A stretch of 64,000 nucleotides of DNA from a virus: positions 29,793-93,792 of the IMG/VR virus record IMGVR_UViG_3300030329_006034. One strand, written 5' to 3'. The position numbers and the translations under genes were made by a program. Shown here piece by piece: positions 38,179 to 47,528 of this stretch. Every line of letters begins with the position of its first letter. Positions within the stretch are counted from its first letter, which is position 1. The notes beneath the pieces are model-generated. The model was not told the DNA's origin and did not search any database. It saw only the letters and a list, made by a program, of their open reading frames with translations.

Positions 38179-40003
38179 TAACAGTTATGTTATTACCTAA
38201 TGATTGTGTAGTATACAAATACGGGAATTTAAAATATGGTAAAGCTATATCTTGGTTTACCAGTTGTATATCACTTTCAGGGTATTGTGGGTTAAAAGAT
38301 AGCAACGACAGCCCATTAAACACCGAACCGTCGCTTTCATTTTTTGTAAATATCCGTTTTACGCCTGTTATAGATAATATTTCTCCTGCCATTTTTGCTA
38401 AGTCTATAGTTTGGCCTAATTCATTGTTAGCTGGTAAAAAATATTTTCTTATAATGGCTGTCGTTTTGGAGACTAATGTTGGTTTACTAATTTTATTACT
38501 GTTTTCTCGTACTAGGTATAGCTTGGTGTTGTCTAGGATACTCACATCGAGGGTATCACTATTACTCATTCCCAGTCCAAATGCCATGTAAATAGGATCA
38601 CGCGGTACTACATCGTTCGATACCATTTTTCTAGGTTCTGTGGTGCTGACAATAAGATTTTTAAACGATTCGCTGCAGAATGGTGGGTAAGCCCCGTCTT
38701 CTGTGATAGTAAAATTAGGCGCCACAAACAAATTGACGTTGTTAAAGTCACACGCGTCAGCAAAATTAACTTGGTTAATAATAACTCTATTTACTTTGTT
38801 CGGATCGACACATATGTCATAAAAATATTGAATATAGCCGTTAAGGTATTCGTCGTTATTAACAACTTTTACACTATTAACAACGTCGGTTAAGTTCTTC
38901 TTGATAAAAAATTCATAATCATCACTCGTAACTAAACGTAACTGTGAAGAAAATAATTTTGAAGCATTTCTCCTTATATTAGCTACCGATTCTGAATCTG
39001 TAAGCGTCGACGAGTTAATAGAGTTGTTTATAGCTAAGTCTGAGCCCGTTCTGTTAGTAATAAACGTTGTTTGGTCTTTGTTTTGATATGTGTCATTGAA
39101 TATTTGACGCTGTCTCGGTGAATCATATACAAAGAGCTTATTGCCATTAATTGTGTTTTTGCTTATTATTCCACCGTCGCCATTAGATAGGATATAATTT
39201 ACAGAAACAACATCATTTTTATTTAGCTTTCTACCAAAAGAACCATCTCCAAATTTTATCTCAAAAAATCCGTTTTCATTTAATCTTTTTTCATATACCC
39301 TATCCGTCGGATCAGTTAAGTAAAGATTGTCTACTTCTGTGTATTCGAAATACATATCAGATGCAGTTTCTTTTACGTATACGCTTATTGTGTTATCTGC
39401 TATAAATTTATCGTCAGCGTCTGATACACTCTGTGAAACTATCGGAAGTGTTTCAAAATCGATTCCTTGTGCAATGTAATCTGGATACTCGCCCACTGTT
39501 CCTTGGTATAAAATAACGTTGTCGTTTAGCGTCTTTATAGTTTCAGACCCTGTTATAGTTTTATCGAATGAATAGTCACTATTAAATGTATATTGCGTGT
39601 TAGAGTCTGCTAAGAAATAACTATATTTTCTTATCGTATAATTACCTTTTACTAGCCCGCTTCCAGCAACTGCATTAATAGGAACAACAGAAGTCTGTTT
39701 ACCTGCTGGTTTGTATCCAATAAGCTTAACAATCCTATTCATATTTTCATACAATGTCGCTTGATTGAAATCAACTTCTGAAGCTGTATTGTTTAAGTAA
39801 AATAAAAGAACATGATATGAATAGGCGATTATATCAATGATCGCCGCTAGGTTACTCCCTTCATAATTTTGATCCGTAAATTTTTCATTCTCATTTAAAC
39901 GCTGTATAATAAAGTCCTTTAAGGTAGTAGCGTCAAAAGCTACGTACGCGTCTTGAGGCAGGTTAAACTCTAAAAATTTGTTGTCTTGTTTGTTGTTAAG
40001 CAT
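38168..40003 (-). CDS. gp6: Baseplate wedge subunit (T4 gp6-like)
   Basis: FTDQNYEGSNL..IIDIIAY, LIGYKP, IKFGDGSFGR, QLRLVTSDDY. Confidence 0.9.
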   Translation of the reverse strand: MLNNKQDNKFLEFNLPQDAYVAFDATTLKDFIIQRLNENEKFTDQNYEGSNLAAIIDIIAYSYHVLLFYLNNTASEVDFNQATLYENMNRIVKLIGYKPAGKQTSVVPINAVAGSGLVKGNYTIRKYSYFLADSNTQYTFNSDYSFDKTITGSETIKTLNDNVILYQGTVGEYPDYIAQGIDFETLPIVSQSVSDADDKFIADNTISVYVKETASDMYFEYTEVDNLYLTDPTDRVYEKRLNENGFFEIKFGDGSFGRKLNKNDVVSVNYILSNGDGGIISKNTINGNKLFVYDSPRQRQIFNDTYQNKDQTTFITNRTGSDLAINNSINSSTLTDSESVANIRRNASKLFSSQLRLVTSDDYEFFIKKNLTDVVNSVKVVNNDEYLNGYIQYFYDICVDPNKVNRVIINQVNFADACDFNNVNLFVAPNFTITEDGAYPPFCSESFKNLIVSTTEPRKMVSNDVVPRDPIYMAFGLGMSNSDTLDVSILDNTKLYLVRENSNKISKPTLVSKTTAIIRKYFLPANNELGQTIDLAKMAGEILSITGVKRIFTKNESDGSVFNGLSLLSFNPQYPESDIQLVNQDIALPYFKFPYLYTTQSLGNNITVIDE

Positions 40004-40005
40004 GG

Positions 40006-40494
40006 CTAAACTATATAGTATCCTTCTTTATTTAAGCGACCTTCGAGAGTTATGCCATAAGCATTAAGTGAAGGTACATTTATTGTTAAAAACACATCAA
40101 ACCGGTTCTCATCTGGTTTGGCTACTACTTCTACATTTTCTAACTCTATTCTCGGCTCTTGATCAGGCAAGCTTCTTTCTATATCTTGCTGTATCCAAGT
40201 TTCCTCAAACACGGATACTTGTTCAAATAGATGCCTTCTCAAATCAATACCAAACTCCGGGTTTAGTATCTTTTGACCTGGGGATGTTAAAAAAGCATTT
40301 GCAATACTATTTTTTACCGACTCTAAATCAAACACTCCTTGTACATCCTTTAACTGCTGGCCCTTATTTAACTGCCGGTTGTAATAAACAGCCATTTTTA
40401 AATCTAGACGTAGATCTTTATATAAGTAGTCATTATTTAAACTAACGTTATCTAGCTTATCTACTGATAATTCAGGTATTTTTATTAGAGGCAT
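40006..40494 (-). CDS. gp25: Baseplate wedge subunit / sheath initiator (gp25-like)
   Basis: SVKNSIAN..LTSPGQKILNPEFG, EPRI. Confidence 0.9.
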   Translation of the reverse strand: MPLIKIPELSVDKLDNVSLNNDYLYKDLRLDLKMAVYYNRQLNKGQQLKDVQGVFDLESVKNSIANAFLTSPGQKILNPEFGIDLRRHLFEQVSVFEETWIQQDIERSLPDQEPRIELENVEVVAKPDENRFDVFLTINVPSLNAYGITLEGRLNKEGYYIV

Positions 40495-40532
40495 TAATAA
40501 TATTTAATACCAGGATGGTAAATCCAATTTAA

Positions 40533-40548
40533 GGAACTATAATATAAT
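40533..40548 (+). promoter_or_regulatory. GGAAC-N5-TATAAT promoter, 6 nt before ATG
   Basis: ggaactataatataatta is identical to the core of the 11055 repeat. Confidence 0.6.
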
Positions 40549-40554
40549 TAAAGT

Positions 40555-40821
40555 ATGCGTGTTAAAGGTAAAACTGCTGTTGAGGTGGAAATAGACCATA
40601 AAGAACTAGTAAAGGCTCTTAAAGAAGAGGTGTATTCGAGAATGAATTTCCCTAGTCCGAATGAAGGTCGAGTATACATTAAAGACGGGCGATTTGTTCA
40701 TGAAAAGTCCGTATACACAACACATTCTTTTGAAATTGAAGAAGACTTAGGACTCGTTATAGAAGATGACGAAGAGGTGTTTACAGCATTTCATACAATA
40801 GCTGAGTTTCTTAAAGATTAG
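40555..40821 (+). CDS. Hypothetical early/middle protein
   Basis: 88-aa ORF with its own promoter. Confidence 0.7.
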   Translation: MRVKGKTAVEVEIDHKELVKALKEEVYSRMNFPSPNEGRVYIKDGRFVHEKSVYTTHSFEIEEDLGLVIEDDEEVFTAFHTIAEFLKD

Positions 40822-40866
40822 TATGTATATCTGTGTTATTATTTACAGGTTTGTATAAATAATAAT

Positions 40867-41490
40867 ATGGCAAGGAATAAATTTGTTACTTTACACGAAT
40901 CTTATATGAAGCAGTATCAGCGAGGAGGCTTCCTCGTCGGCCAGGTTTTTGAGTTTAATGATGACTTTAAATCGGAGGAGGGTTATAAAAAGTTAGGACA
41001 GAGTACAAAAGATCTGATCGATCAGATGATTGATTCTGGTCTACATATTAGAATTACCGATATTAAAGATACTAGCCCAGCTCGTTATCCTGCTAACACT
41101 CAAACATCGTCACTTGATGTAGTATTAGATCTTGCTCTTGACCAGATGGGCGGAAGGTATACACATCATGTATCTGTACCTGGTTCGTTAGGACAAGCAG
41201 TTGAGTTTGCTCCTAATTTGTTGCCTATCCCCGACGGAGTGAGAAGGAAAGACAAGGTTAATATTAAGCCAGAAGAAGCAGAGGAAGATCCTAACAATAT
41301 TCAAAATCGAACTGCACGTGGTACTACAGGTACTGCAGATCATGTAGGCACGCCGCTGTCGCCGACTGAAAGATCACTTCCAAAGCAGAATACAAAGATT
41401 CCGAGTGACCCAGCTACTCCTTCTCCCGAGGCGTCCACTTATACACAGCAATATTTGTCGGACTTGAAAAAAGGTCCTAGCATGTACTAA
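40867..41490 (+). CDS. Hypothetical late protein (possible head-associated)
   Basis: TATAAATA-N5-ATG; MARNKFVTLHE leader. Confidence 0.7.
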   Translation: MARNKFVTLHESYMKQYQRGGFLVGQVFEFNDDFKSEEGYKKLGQSTKDLIDQMIDSGLHIRITDIKDTSPARYPANTQTSSLDVVLDLALDQMGGRYTHHVSVPGSLGQAVEFAPNLLPIPDGVRRKDKVNIKPEEAEEDPNNIQNRTARGTTGTADHVGTPLSPTERSLPKQNTKIPSDPATPSPEASTYTQQYLSDLKKGPSMY

Positions 41491-42413
41491 CGTAAGGTAT
41501 TTTCTACATTTACTAAGCATGCAAACGCGTTGATTTCTTTATCAACGACAAAAGCACTCTTATACAGGTGGTCGGCTATAATTGCTATTACAGCTTTCTT
41601 TTTTATATCATCTATATTAACTCTGTAGATGTAATTAAGAAAGTTACCCAACAAAGTATCGTAATCACCCTGAAATCTATCTTCATTTTCAATTAGGTAT
41701 TTTCGAGCGTCGAGGGAATTTTTAGAAGCTATTTTTTTATAAATCGCTTCGAGCAACTCGTTATCACCAGTAACGCTAACAATACACAGCTCTGAATCAA
41801 TGATGTTTTTCTGGAGCTCGTTAATTGTTTTCCGCAAGTCGGGGAAGTGACGCTTGACAAGTTGGATAAATTTTTTCTTTTGTTCTTCTGGGACCGTAAT
41901 ATTTTCATTTTTTAGAATGTTATAGCATCTCTTGACAGCACGCTCAACAACCGGCTTAATATCTAAAGCTTGACACCTTGATTGCAGAGCAGGAATAATT
42001 TTATGTTTGTAGTTTGCTGTCAGAATAAACCTACAATACTTAGCATAAGTCTCCATTGTATTACGCAAAGCAGATTGTGCTTGTGTGGTTAGACCATCAG
42101 CCTCATCTAGTATAACTACTTTTACCTTACCATCAAAAGATTTAGTTTGAGCGAAGTTAGTAATATTATGTCGGATGGTATCGATACCAGACTCATCAGA
42201 AGCATTAATGTAAAGGTAATTACATCCGAGTACATCGTTAACAATAATCCTAGCAAGTGTGGTCTTACCAGTACCGGGACTACCAACAAAGAGAAGATTA
42301 GGTATTTCATCTTTAAATTCTTCTACTTGCTTAAGCGTTCTTTCATCTAGAATAATATCATCTAGAGCAGTTGGTCGGTATTTTTCAACCCAAATCTTAT
42401 CAAAATCAATCAT
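41487..42413 (-). CDS. gp44: Clamp loader ATPase subunit (T4 gp44/RFC-like)
   Basis: WVEKYRP, GSPGTGKT, NASDE, ILDEAD, LQSRC. Confidence 0.95.
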   Translation of the reverse strand: MIDFDKIWVEKYRPTALDDIILDERTLKQVEEFKDEIPNLLFVGSPGTGKTTLARIIVNDVLGCNYLYINASDESGIDTIRHNITNFAQTKSFDGKVKVVILDEADGLTTQAQSALRNTMETYAKYCRFILTANYKHKIIPALQSRCQALDIKPVVERAVKRCYNILKNENITVPEEQKKKFIQLVKRHFPDLRKTINELQKNIIDSELCIVSVTGDNELLEAIYKKIASKNSLDARKYLIENEDRFQGDYDTLLGNFLNYIYRVNIDDIKKKAVIAIIADHLYKSAFVVDKEINAFACLVNVENTLR

Positions 42414-42415
42414 AA

Positions 42416-42838
42416 TTATTTACCTGAAGAGCCAAAGCCTTTTTCGCCGCGTTTTGATTCCATAATTTCACCTTCGGATACTTCAACGGTATAATTTCTA
42501 TATACAACAAACTGCGCGACTCTATCACCTGCTTTAACTTTGTAATCAGTATCAGTATTATTATATAACTTTACACCAGCGTCTCCACGGTATCCTTGAT
42601 CAATAATACCTGGATGTGGAATAATTCCATGTTTGAAGCCAAGGCCAGAGCGCCCTTCTACCTTTACCCAGAACCCAAGATCAATATATGCAAACTTTAA
42701 CCCAACATCAACAACAGCAGAACCACGAGCTGGTATAATTTTATCTTCTACAGAGGTTACATCCAACCCAGTATCTGCTTCATGGTTCTTTGAAGGTATT
42801 ACAGCTTTATCATTAGTCTTTTTAAAACGTACAACCAT
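42416..42838 (-). CDS. dut: Trimeric dUTPase
   Basis: GLD, GRSG, GIIDQGYRG, RVAQ, RGEKGFGSSG. Confidence 0.95.
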   Translation of the reverse strand: MVVRFKKTNDKAVIPSKNHEADTGLDVTSVEDKIIPARGSAVVDVGLKFAYIDLGFWVKVEGRSGLGFKHGIIPHPGIIDQGYRGDAGVKLYNNTDTDYKVKAGDRVAQFVVYRNYTVEVSEGEIMESKRGEKGFGSSGK

Positions 42839-42844
42839 ATGACT

Positions 42845-42872
42845 ATAATAAGGTATGTTGCAAAAAATTCAA
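42845..42872 (-). promoter_or_regulatory. Sigma70-type promoter TTGAAT-N16-TATTAT, 6 nt before the dut ATG
   Basis: Reverse strand TTGAAT tttttgcaacatacct TATTAT agtcat ATG. Confidence 0.65.
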
Positions 42873-42891
42873 GTAAAGATTAAATATATGT

Positions 42892-43329
42892 ATGGCCGAA
42901 GAATTAGACGAGGCTGTTAACGATATTATCACGCAATTAAAGCAAAATAATAAAGTTGCAAAAGCTCCTATAGAAGAAAGTATTCTTAATAAAGAAGACT
43001 TAGAGGATTTCCTTATTCAAAATTCAGGTAAATTGATCAAAAAATCATTGAGTATTGTAGATAACGTCAATGATTACATTTCCTCTGCTCCAGAAAATAG
43101 AGATGTTGCGGCGCTTGCTGAGCTTATTAAAGCATCGTCTTCTGCTATTGAGACATTAAACAAACTTCACACCGCTAAGGAAAGAAACGAGACACAAGTT
43201 GCCGTAAAGCAGATGGATGTTGAAAGTAAGGAACGTCTTAATATTGCTGATAATGGTACTAAGCTGTTATTATCAAGAGATGATATTATGAAGGCCCTTG
43301 TGGATAAAGATGATGTAATTGATGTATAA
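42892..43329 (+). CDS. Probable terminase small subunit (T4 gp16-like)
   Basis: Helical 145 aa; ENRDVAALAELIK...LNKLH and LLLSRDDIMKAL resemble gp16 segments; TAAATA-N5-ATG. Confidence 0.5.
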   Translation: MAEELDEAVNDIITQLKQNNKVAKAPIEESILNKEDLEDFLIQNSGKLIKKSLSIVDNVNDYISSAPENRDVAALAELIKASSSAIETLNKLHTAKERNETQVAVKQMDVESKERLNIADNGTKLLLSRDDIMKALVDKDDVIDV

Positions 43330-43330
43330 A

Positions 43331-44674
43331 CTATTCGTTACCAAACATACCTCCGTCCTCTTCTACATCTACACCGCTACCTAGCTGACCTTTGACCGTA
43401 TATAGCTTAAATTTATTTTCACCATTGTTATCCTCTGTTTTAAGCTCAAACTTTCTTCTCTCAACACTATCGAAAGTTCGACCAAACATATCTGTCTCTA
43501 CTTTCTTTGTTTCTTTTGTTAATATTTCCGGTTTATTGCATTTGATGCAATCATCCTCTTCCTCCTCTTTTTCAAGAAATGTCTGTTGCATATAATCAAC
43601 GTTTCGGTTAATAGAAGCTCCTACAGAGTGAGCTAGATTCTGGTATTCATTAAAGTAATTAATTAACTTTCGAAAAAGGAAAAGTCTAAATGCTTTATCA
43701 CCCAAATACTCGTTGATTAGTTCAATAATACGGTCTTGAACATCTTCGTGAATTTTAATCTTTTCAATGTCTTTGACCATTAAGTTTCCGTGTACTGGGT
43801 TTACTTTATTTCTACCACTGCCAGGTTCCACCTCTCCGGAATAGGCTTCAACCATTGAAAGTGCACCAACTCCTTCTTCCTCTGGCGCATCACCTGAAGC
43901 TCTTTGCGGAACTCCTGCTTCTTGTTCTTTCCGGTCATCGTTGTTCTTATCCATTTGCATTATACCGTGTAATAAAGAGGGGTACGGTGCTGTATTTTCG
44001 TCGATTGCACCACTACCGAGGACCGCACCTGCAAACACACCAGATGCATTTCCTGCGCCCTGGAACATTAGATTTGTTAAAAATCCTGGTGCTTTTCTTA
44101 AAGTATCATTAGGTACCATGGTGTTACCTGCCTGAAGCGCGTTAACCCATACCGGGGCTGATGAAGTAGTTACATTTGAGTTAGCGTTAACACCCATAAT
44201 ATCAGGCCCGGGCCTAAAAATTTCTACACTAATTTTATCAAGACCTTTGCTTCTTCCAGTCGCCTCGTGTGTTTCCTGTTCATACGGTCCGTGCTCTAAT
44301 AGCGAGATATAGTACAAGATTGAATATTCGTCTAGTTTATTTTCATCACCGCCGCCCGCTTCTGTCGGCGCTGCTTCGTCAAGCCCAGTTATAAATTTTG
44401 TTAGCTGCTTAGTTCCTAGTGAATAAACCTTTTTAAATTCTTCCATTAACTGTAGGTCAATAGCTTTAATATTGCTTTTTTCTCCTTTGTTTTCGCAAAA
44501 GGGCAATCTTCTAATACGACCATACTCTTTGTTAAACTGTTTTTCAGTTAGCTCTAAAGCTCTTAATATTTCTACCTTCTTAGTAAATGAAGGCAGTTCC
44601 GAATCATAAAATTCAGGATCCCCCGGAGCTGGCTCCGATCCTTGATTAATAGGTGTTGTTATATCAATATTCAT
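43331..44674 (-). CDS. Hypothetical virion protein
   Basis: Start re-called to the ATGA overlap at 44674. Confidence 0.6.
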   Translation of the reverse strand: MNIDITTPINQGSEPAPGDPEFYDSELPSFTKKVEILRALELTEKQFNKEYGRIRRLPFCENKGEKSNIKAIDLQLMEEFKKVYSLGTKQLTKFITGLDEAAPTEAGGGDENKLDEYSILYYISLLEHGPYEQETHEATGRSKGLDKISVEIFRPGPDIMGVNANSNVTTSSAPVWVNALQAGNTMVPNDTLRKAPGFLTNLMFQGAGNASGVFAGAVLGSGAIDENTAPYPSLLHGIMQMDKNNDDRKEQEAGVPQRASGDAPEEEGVGALSMVEAYSGEVEPGSGRNKVNPVHGNLMVKDIEKIKIHEDVQDRIIELINEYLGDKAFRLFLFRKLINYFNEYQNLAHSVGASINRNVDYMQQTFLEKEEEEDDCIKCNKPEILTKETKKVETDMFGRTFDSVERRKFELKTEDNNGENKFKLYTVKGQLGSGVDVEEDGGMFGNE

Positions 44675-46161
44675 GACAGTCCATCGCTTGGGGCCGGCTC
44701 CCCGGGACCCATATGAGGTTTTATACACTGTATTACATTAGTGTAGTTGTCTACTTTTGCAGTAGTAAATTCGTGTCTTATTTTTGTAACAAACCATTGC
44801 CCTAACAGCTTGGCATCACTTCTGTGTTTTAACTTACCGCCTCCCCTTTGAAAGGGATTCTTACCTTCACTTTCTTTCATCTCTCTAGCTACTGATACAT
44901 CTACCATTTCACCAGGTTGCCTATCTGTGTTACCTAGAGTCTGAAACGCGAGTTGTAAATTTAATAGAGTCATGTTAGTAGTTAATTCTGCTTCTGCTAA
45001 AGCTCTCATTCTATCTGGTGTAAAATTCATCCCTAAATTACGGAATAGTCTATAGCTTTTAACGTTATTTAACACAACCCACGGTTGGGGCAATCCTCCT
45101 ATATATTTAAACGGCTCAACAAAAATTACCTTCCATCCCTTCTTAACTTCTTTTATACGAACTTGACTCATTACATGTTCACCTAAGACTGAGTCATACG
45201 TACTTACTAATAAATTATTTAAGTATGTATTAGAGTATGTCAACATAGGTGTGGAAAAGTCTGTATGTGCTAACGCCGCGTACTTTAGGTTATGTGGAGT
45301 AAACCCTGGAGCTGTAACCGGGTTGTTTGGGTTAACTCCACATTTAGTAACTAAATCATCAACTGAAAAACCTTCTCTAATTTTCGCATTTAGAAAGGGA
45401 TCAGATAGAGGTAGATATTTATAACTTTTACATCTTCTACACCAATTGAGAAATAGTCTAACGTAGCAGCCACCGCATGTCTCCACACACGTAGAGACCC
45501 ACTTGTAGTTTATCTTAATCAAATATTTAATAAGATCTGAATATCTAAAAGTTGATGGTGGGAGAATATGTTCCGGGAAAATATCAATCTCATGATCTCC
45601 ACAATCCCACTCTCCTGTGGGTATGCCGAACTCTGCCAATATATCTCTAATTATACATCCTACCTTACCTCTAAATCTTCTCCCGTAGGGAATCTGCTCA
45701 CTAAGAAGAAAGTAGTTTCGGTCTAAAAGTCTATAGGTTTTAAAGTTGTTTAATCTATCTGTTTTAGATGCACTGTTAAACTCGCTGCTAATGACAAAGC
45801 TGTATTCTAGTGGAATTGATTTTTCTTCTCCTGGATCTGTCCCAGTACCATCTCCTTCATCTACAGGTTTTAAATAAACTGTAAATTTATCGCGCCCGTC
45901 TCCACGAATAAGCTTACCGTCTTCAATAAAGTCTAATGGGTTATTAATGTATATATTTCCATTAGTAAACGGTTCTAAGAAATTTTCTTCTATATCCATA
46001 CCTCTTATAGCAGATTTAGAAAAGTTTATTTCAGTTGAATCACCTTGTGATTTACCTCCAACACCACCATCTCCTCCGTCTGGTGCCGTTGGCGCGGTAG
46101 AGAGCGTAAATTTAGCCTCAAATTCCGCATTATTAATTTTATATTTAATTGCTTCGCTCAT
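44671..46161 (-). CDS. Baseplate hub protein (gp27/VgrG-like)
   Basis: IEENFLEPFTNGNIYI, GN...PG..V, GQWFVTKIRHEF; start re-called at MSEAIK. Confidence 0.6.
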   Translation of the reverse strand: MSEAIKYKINNAEFEAKFTLSTAPTAPDGGDGGVGGKSQGDSTEINFSKSAIRGMDIEENFLEPFTNGNIYINNPLDFIEDGKLIRGDGRDKFTVYLKPVDEGDGTGTDPGEEKSIPLEYSFVISSEFNSASKTDRLNNFKTYRLLDRNYFLLSEQIPYGRRFRGKVGCIIRDILAEFGIPTGEWDCGDHEIDIFPEHILPPSTFRYSDLIKYLIKINYKWVSTCVETCGGCYVRLFLNWCRRCKSYKYLPLSDPFLNAKIREGFSVDDLVTKCGVNPNNPVTAPGFTPHNLKYAALAHTDFSTPMLTYSNTYLNNLLVSTYDSVLGEHVMSQVRIKEVKKGWKVIFVEPFKYIGGLPQPWVVLNNVKSYRLFRNLGMNFTPDRMRALAEAELTTNMTLLNLQLAFQTLGNTDRQPGEMVDVSVAREMKESEGKNPFQRGGGKLKHRSDAKLLGQWFVTKIRHEFTTAKVDNYTNVIQCIKPHMGPGEPAPSDGLS

Positions 46162-46162
46162 A

Positions 46163-46576
46163 CTAAAAATGCCGATTGCCAAACACTGTGGAATTTGTCA
46201 TTTCTGTATATATAAATGCGAGAAACTCAGGCTTTATAAATTTTAATTGAACTCCACCGTCCACGTAAAATTTATTTCTTAGCACATCGAGATTGTTTAA
46301 ATAAAGAATCCACCAGAGACTAATATTATCATATATATGATATGAGACGGTAGTGAGAGGTAATCTCCCTGTGACCTTATGAAGACCAAAAAATTCACTA
46401 TCCAAATTTGTTGGAAAATCTATCTTGTTAAGAATATTATAGAAATAAAATTGCTTATCAGTATCTTCCGCGGCTTGTGTATATACTTTAAAAATATTTT
46501 CATACATACCAAGCGGCACGCCAGATAAACTAGTTATTTGGTTTTGATATTTTCCTAATTTACCAATTAATTCCAT
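46163..46576 (-). CDS. gp53: Baseplate wedge subunit (gp53-like, LysM-like)
   Basis: LTTVSYHIYDNISLWWILYLNN. Confidence 0.75.
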   Translation of the reverse strand: MELIGKLGKYQNQITSLSGVPLGMYENIFKVYTQAAEDTDKQFYFYNILNKIDFPTNLDSEFFGLHKVTGRLPLTTVSYHIYDNISLWWILYLNNLDVLRNKFYVDGGVQLKFIKPEFLAFIYTEMTNSTVFGNRHF

Positions 46577-47508
46577 TACATTCCAGCCCTTTCTATAAAG
46601 TTTGCAGGTTCTATTGTTAGTGAATTAAACACCAAAGAAATACCATATGCTTCAGGTGCAATTTTGTTGTTTACTTGTCTTCGCTGACCTAATAAATTAA
46701 AGGCAGCATTGGCTAAATAAGCCCATCTTATATATCTTAACCCGGGGACTTTAATTTCATAAATCCTAGGAAATGTCATTTCTAATGCGCTGCCTCGTCT
46801 TGGTCTTGCCTCTTCCATAATTTTCTTTATTAATTCTTGATTCTTTTCTCGGTCTCCCCTGTCTATAGTGTTAGCTAAAACAAAGCTTATTTCAAGCCCA
46901 GCGTCGGTATTTGCATATTGATAAAACATCGGGTGTTCAATATATGTGCCTGGATACTCACCGGGGTTGTTAGGGCGAGGTAGTCTAAACTGAAAGTTTT
47001 GAGCCTTTGCATCAAACTTGTCTAATAATGCGTTAGCGCGATCATCAACAGTACCAGCCACCTTTTCAAACTGTGTAGCGAGAGATGTGTTACCGACCTG
47101 CTGCACGGTTGCACCTAAACCTATAACTTCGTCAACGATATTGCCAGCAGGGTTTACAAAATCTGCACCTAAAAATTGTGCCCCTCGTTGACTAATTTGT
47201 GAAAAGGTATCTGCATAGTTATTGCTAAACCCTCTAAAATTATCTTCAAAAAATGGGAATCTATATCTTGTAGGACCCTCGGCACTTCCATTACCTGATT
47301 TTGTTTTATATAATCCATCATAAAACTTCATAGGATTTTTTGAACCTTCATTAAACACATTAACGTATCCACTAACAAATGCTCTTAATTGACTTTCTTC
47401 TAGTTCGTATGATGTAACTAGGGCGTTAGGAGCCTCTGCACGTAACGGTGCGCGCTTTGGAATAGACGTCCAAGCGTAATCTGCAACTACATCAATTATA
47501 CCAGCCAT
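46576..47508 (-). CDS. Baseplate tail-tube cap (gp48-like)
   Basis: Tube-like C-terminal FPRIYEI...ISLVF; synteny. Confidence 0.5.
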   Translation of the reverse strand: MAGIIDVVADYAWTSIPKRAPLRAEAPNALVTSYELEESQLRAFVSGYVNVFNEGSKNPMKFYDGLYKTKSGNGSAEGPTRYRFPFFEDNFRGFSNNYADTFSQISQRGAQFLGADFVNPAGNIVDEVIGLGATVQQVGNTSLATQFEKVAGTVDDRANALLDKFDAKAQNFQFRLPRPNNPGEYPGTYIEHPMFYQYANTDAGLEISFVLANTIDRGDREKNQELIKKIMEEARPRRGSALEMTFPRIYEIKVPGLRYIRWAYLANAAFNLLGQRRQVNNKIAPEAYGISLVFNSLTIEPANFIERAGM

Positions 47509-47528
47509 TAATAATATTTATACTAAGA

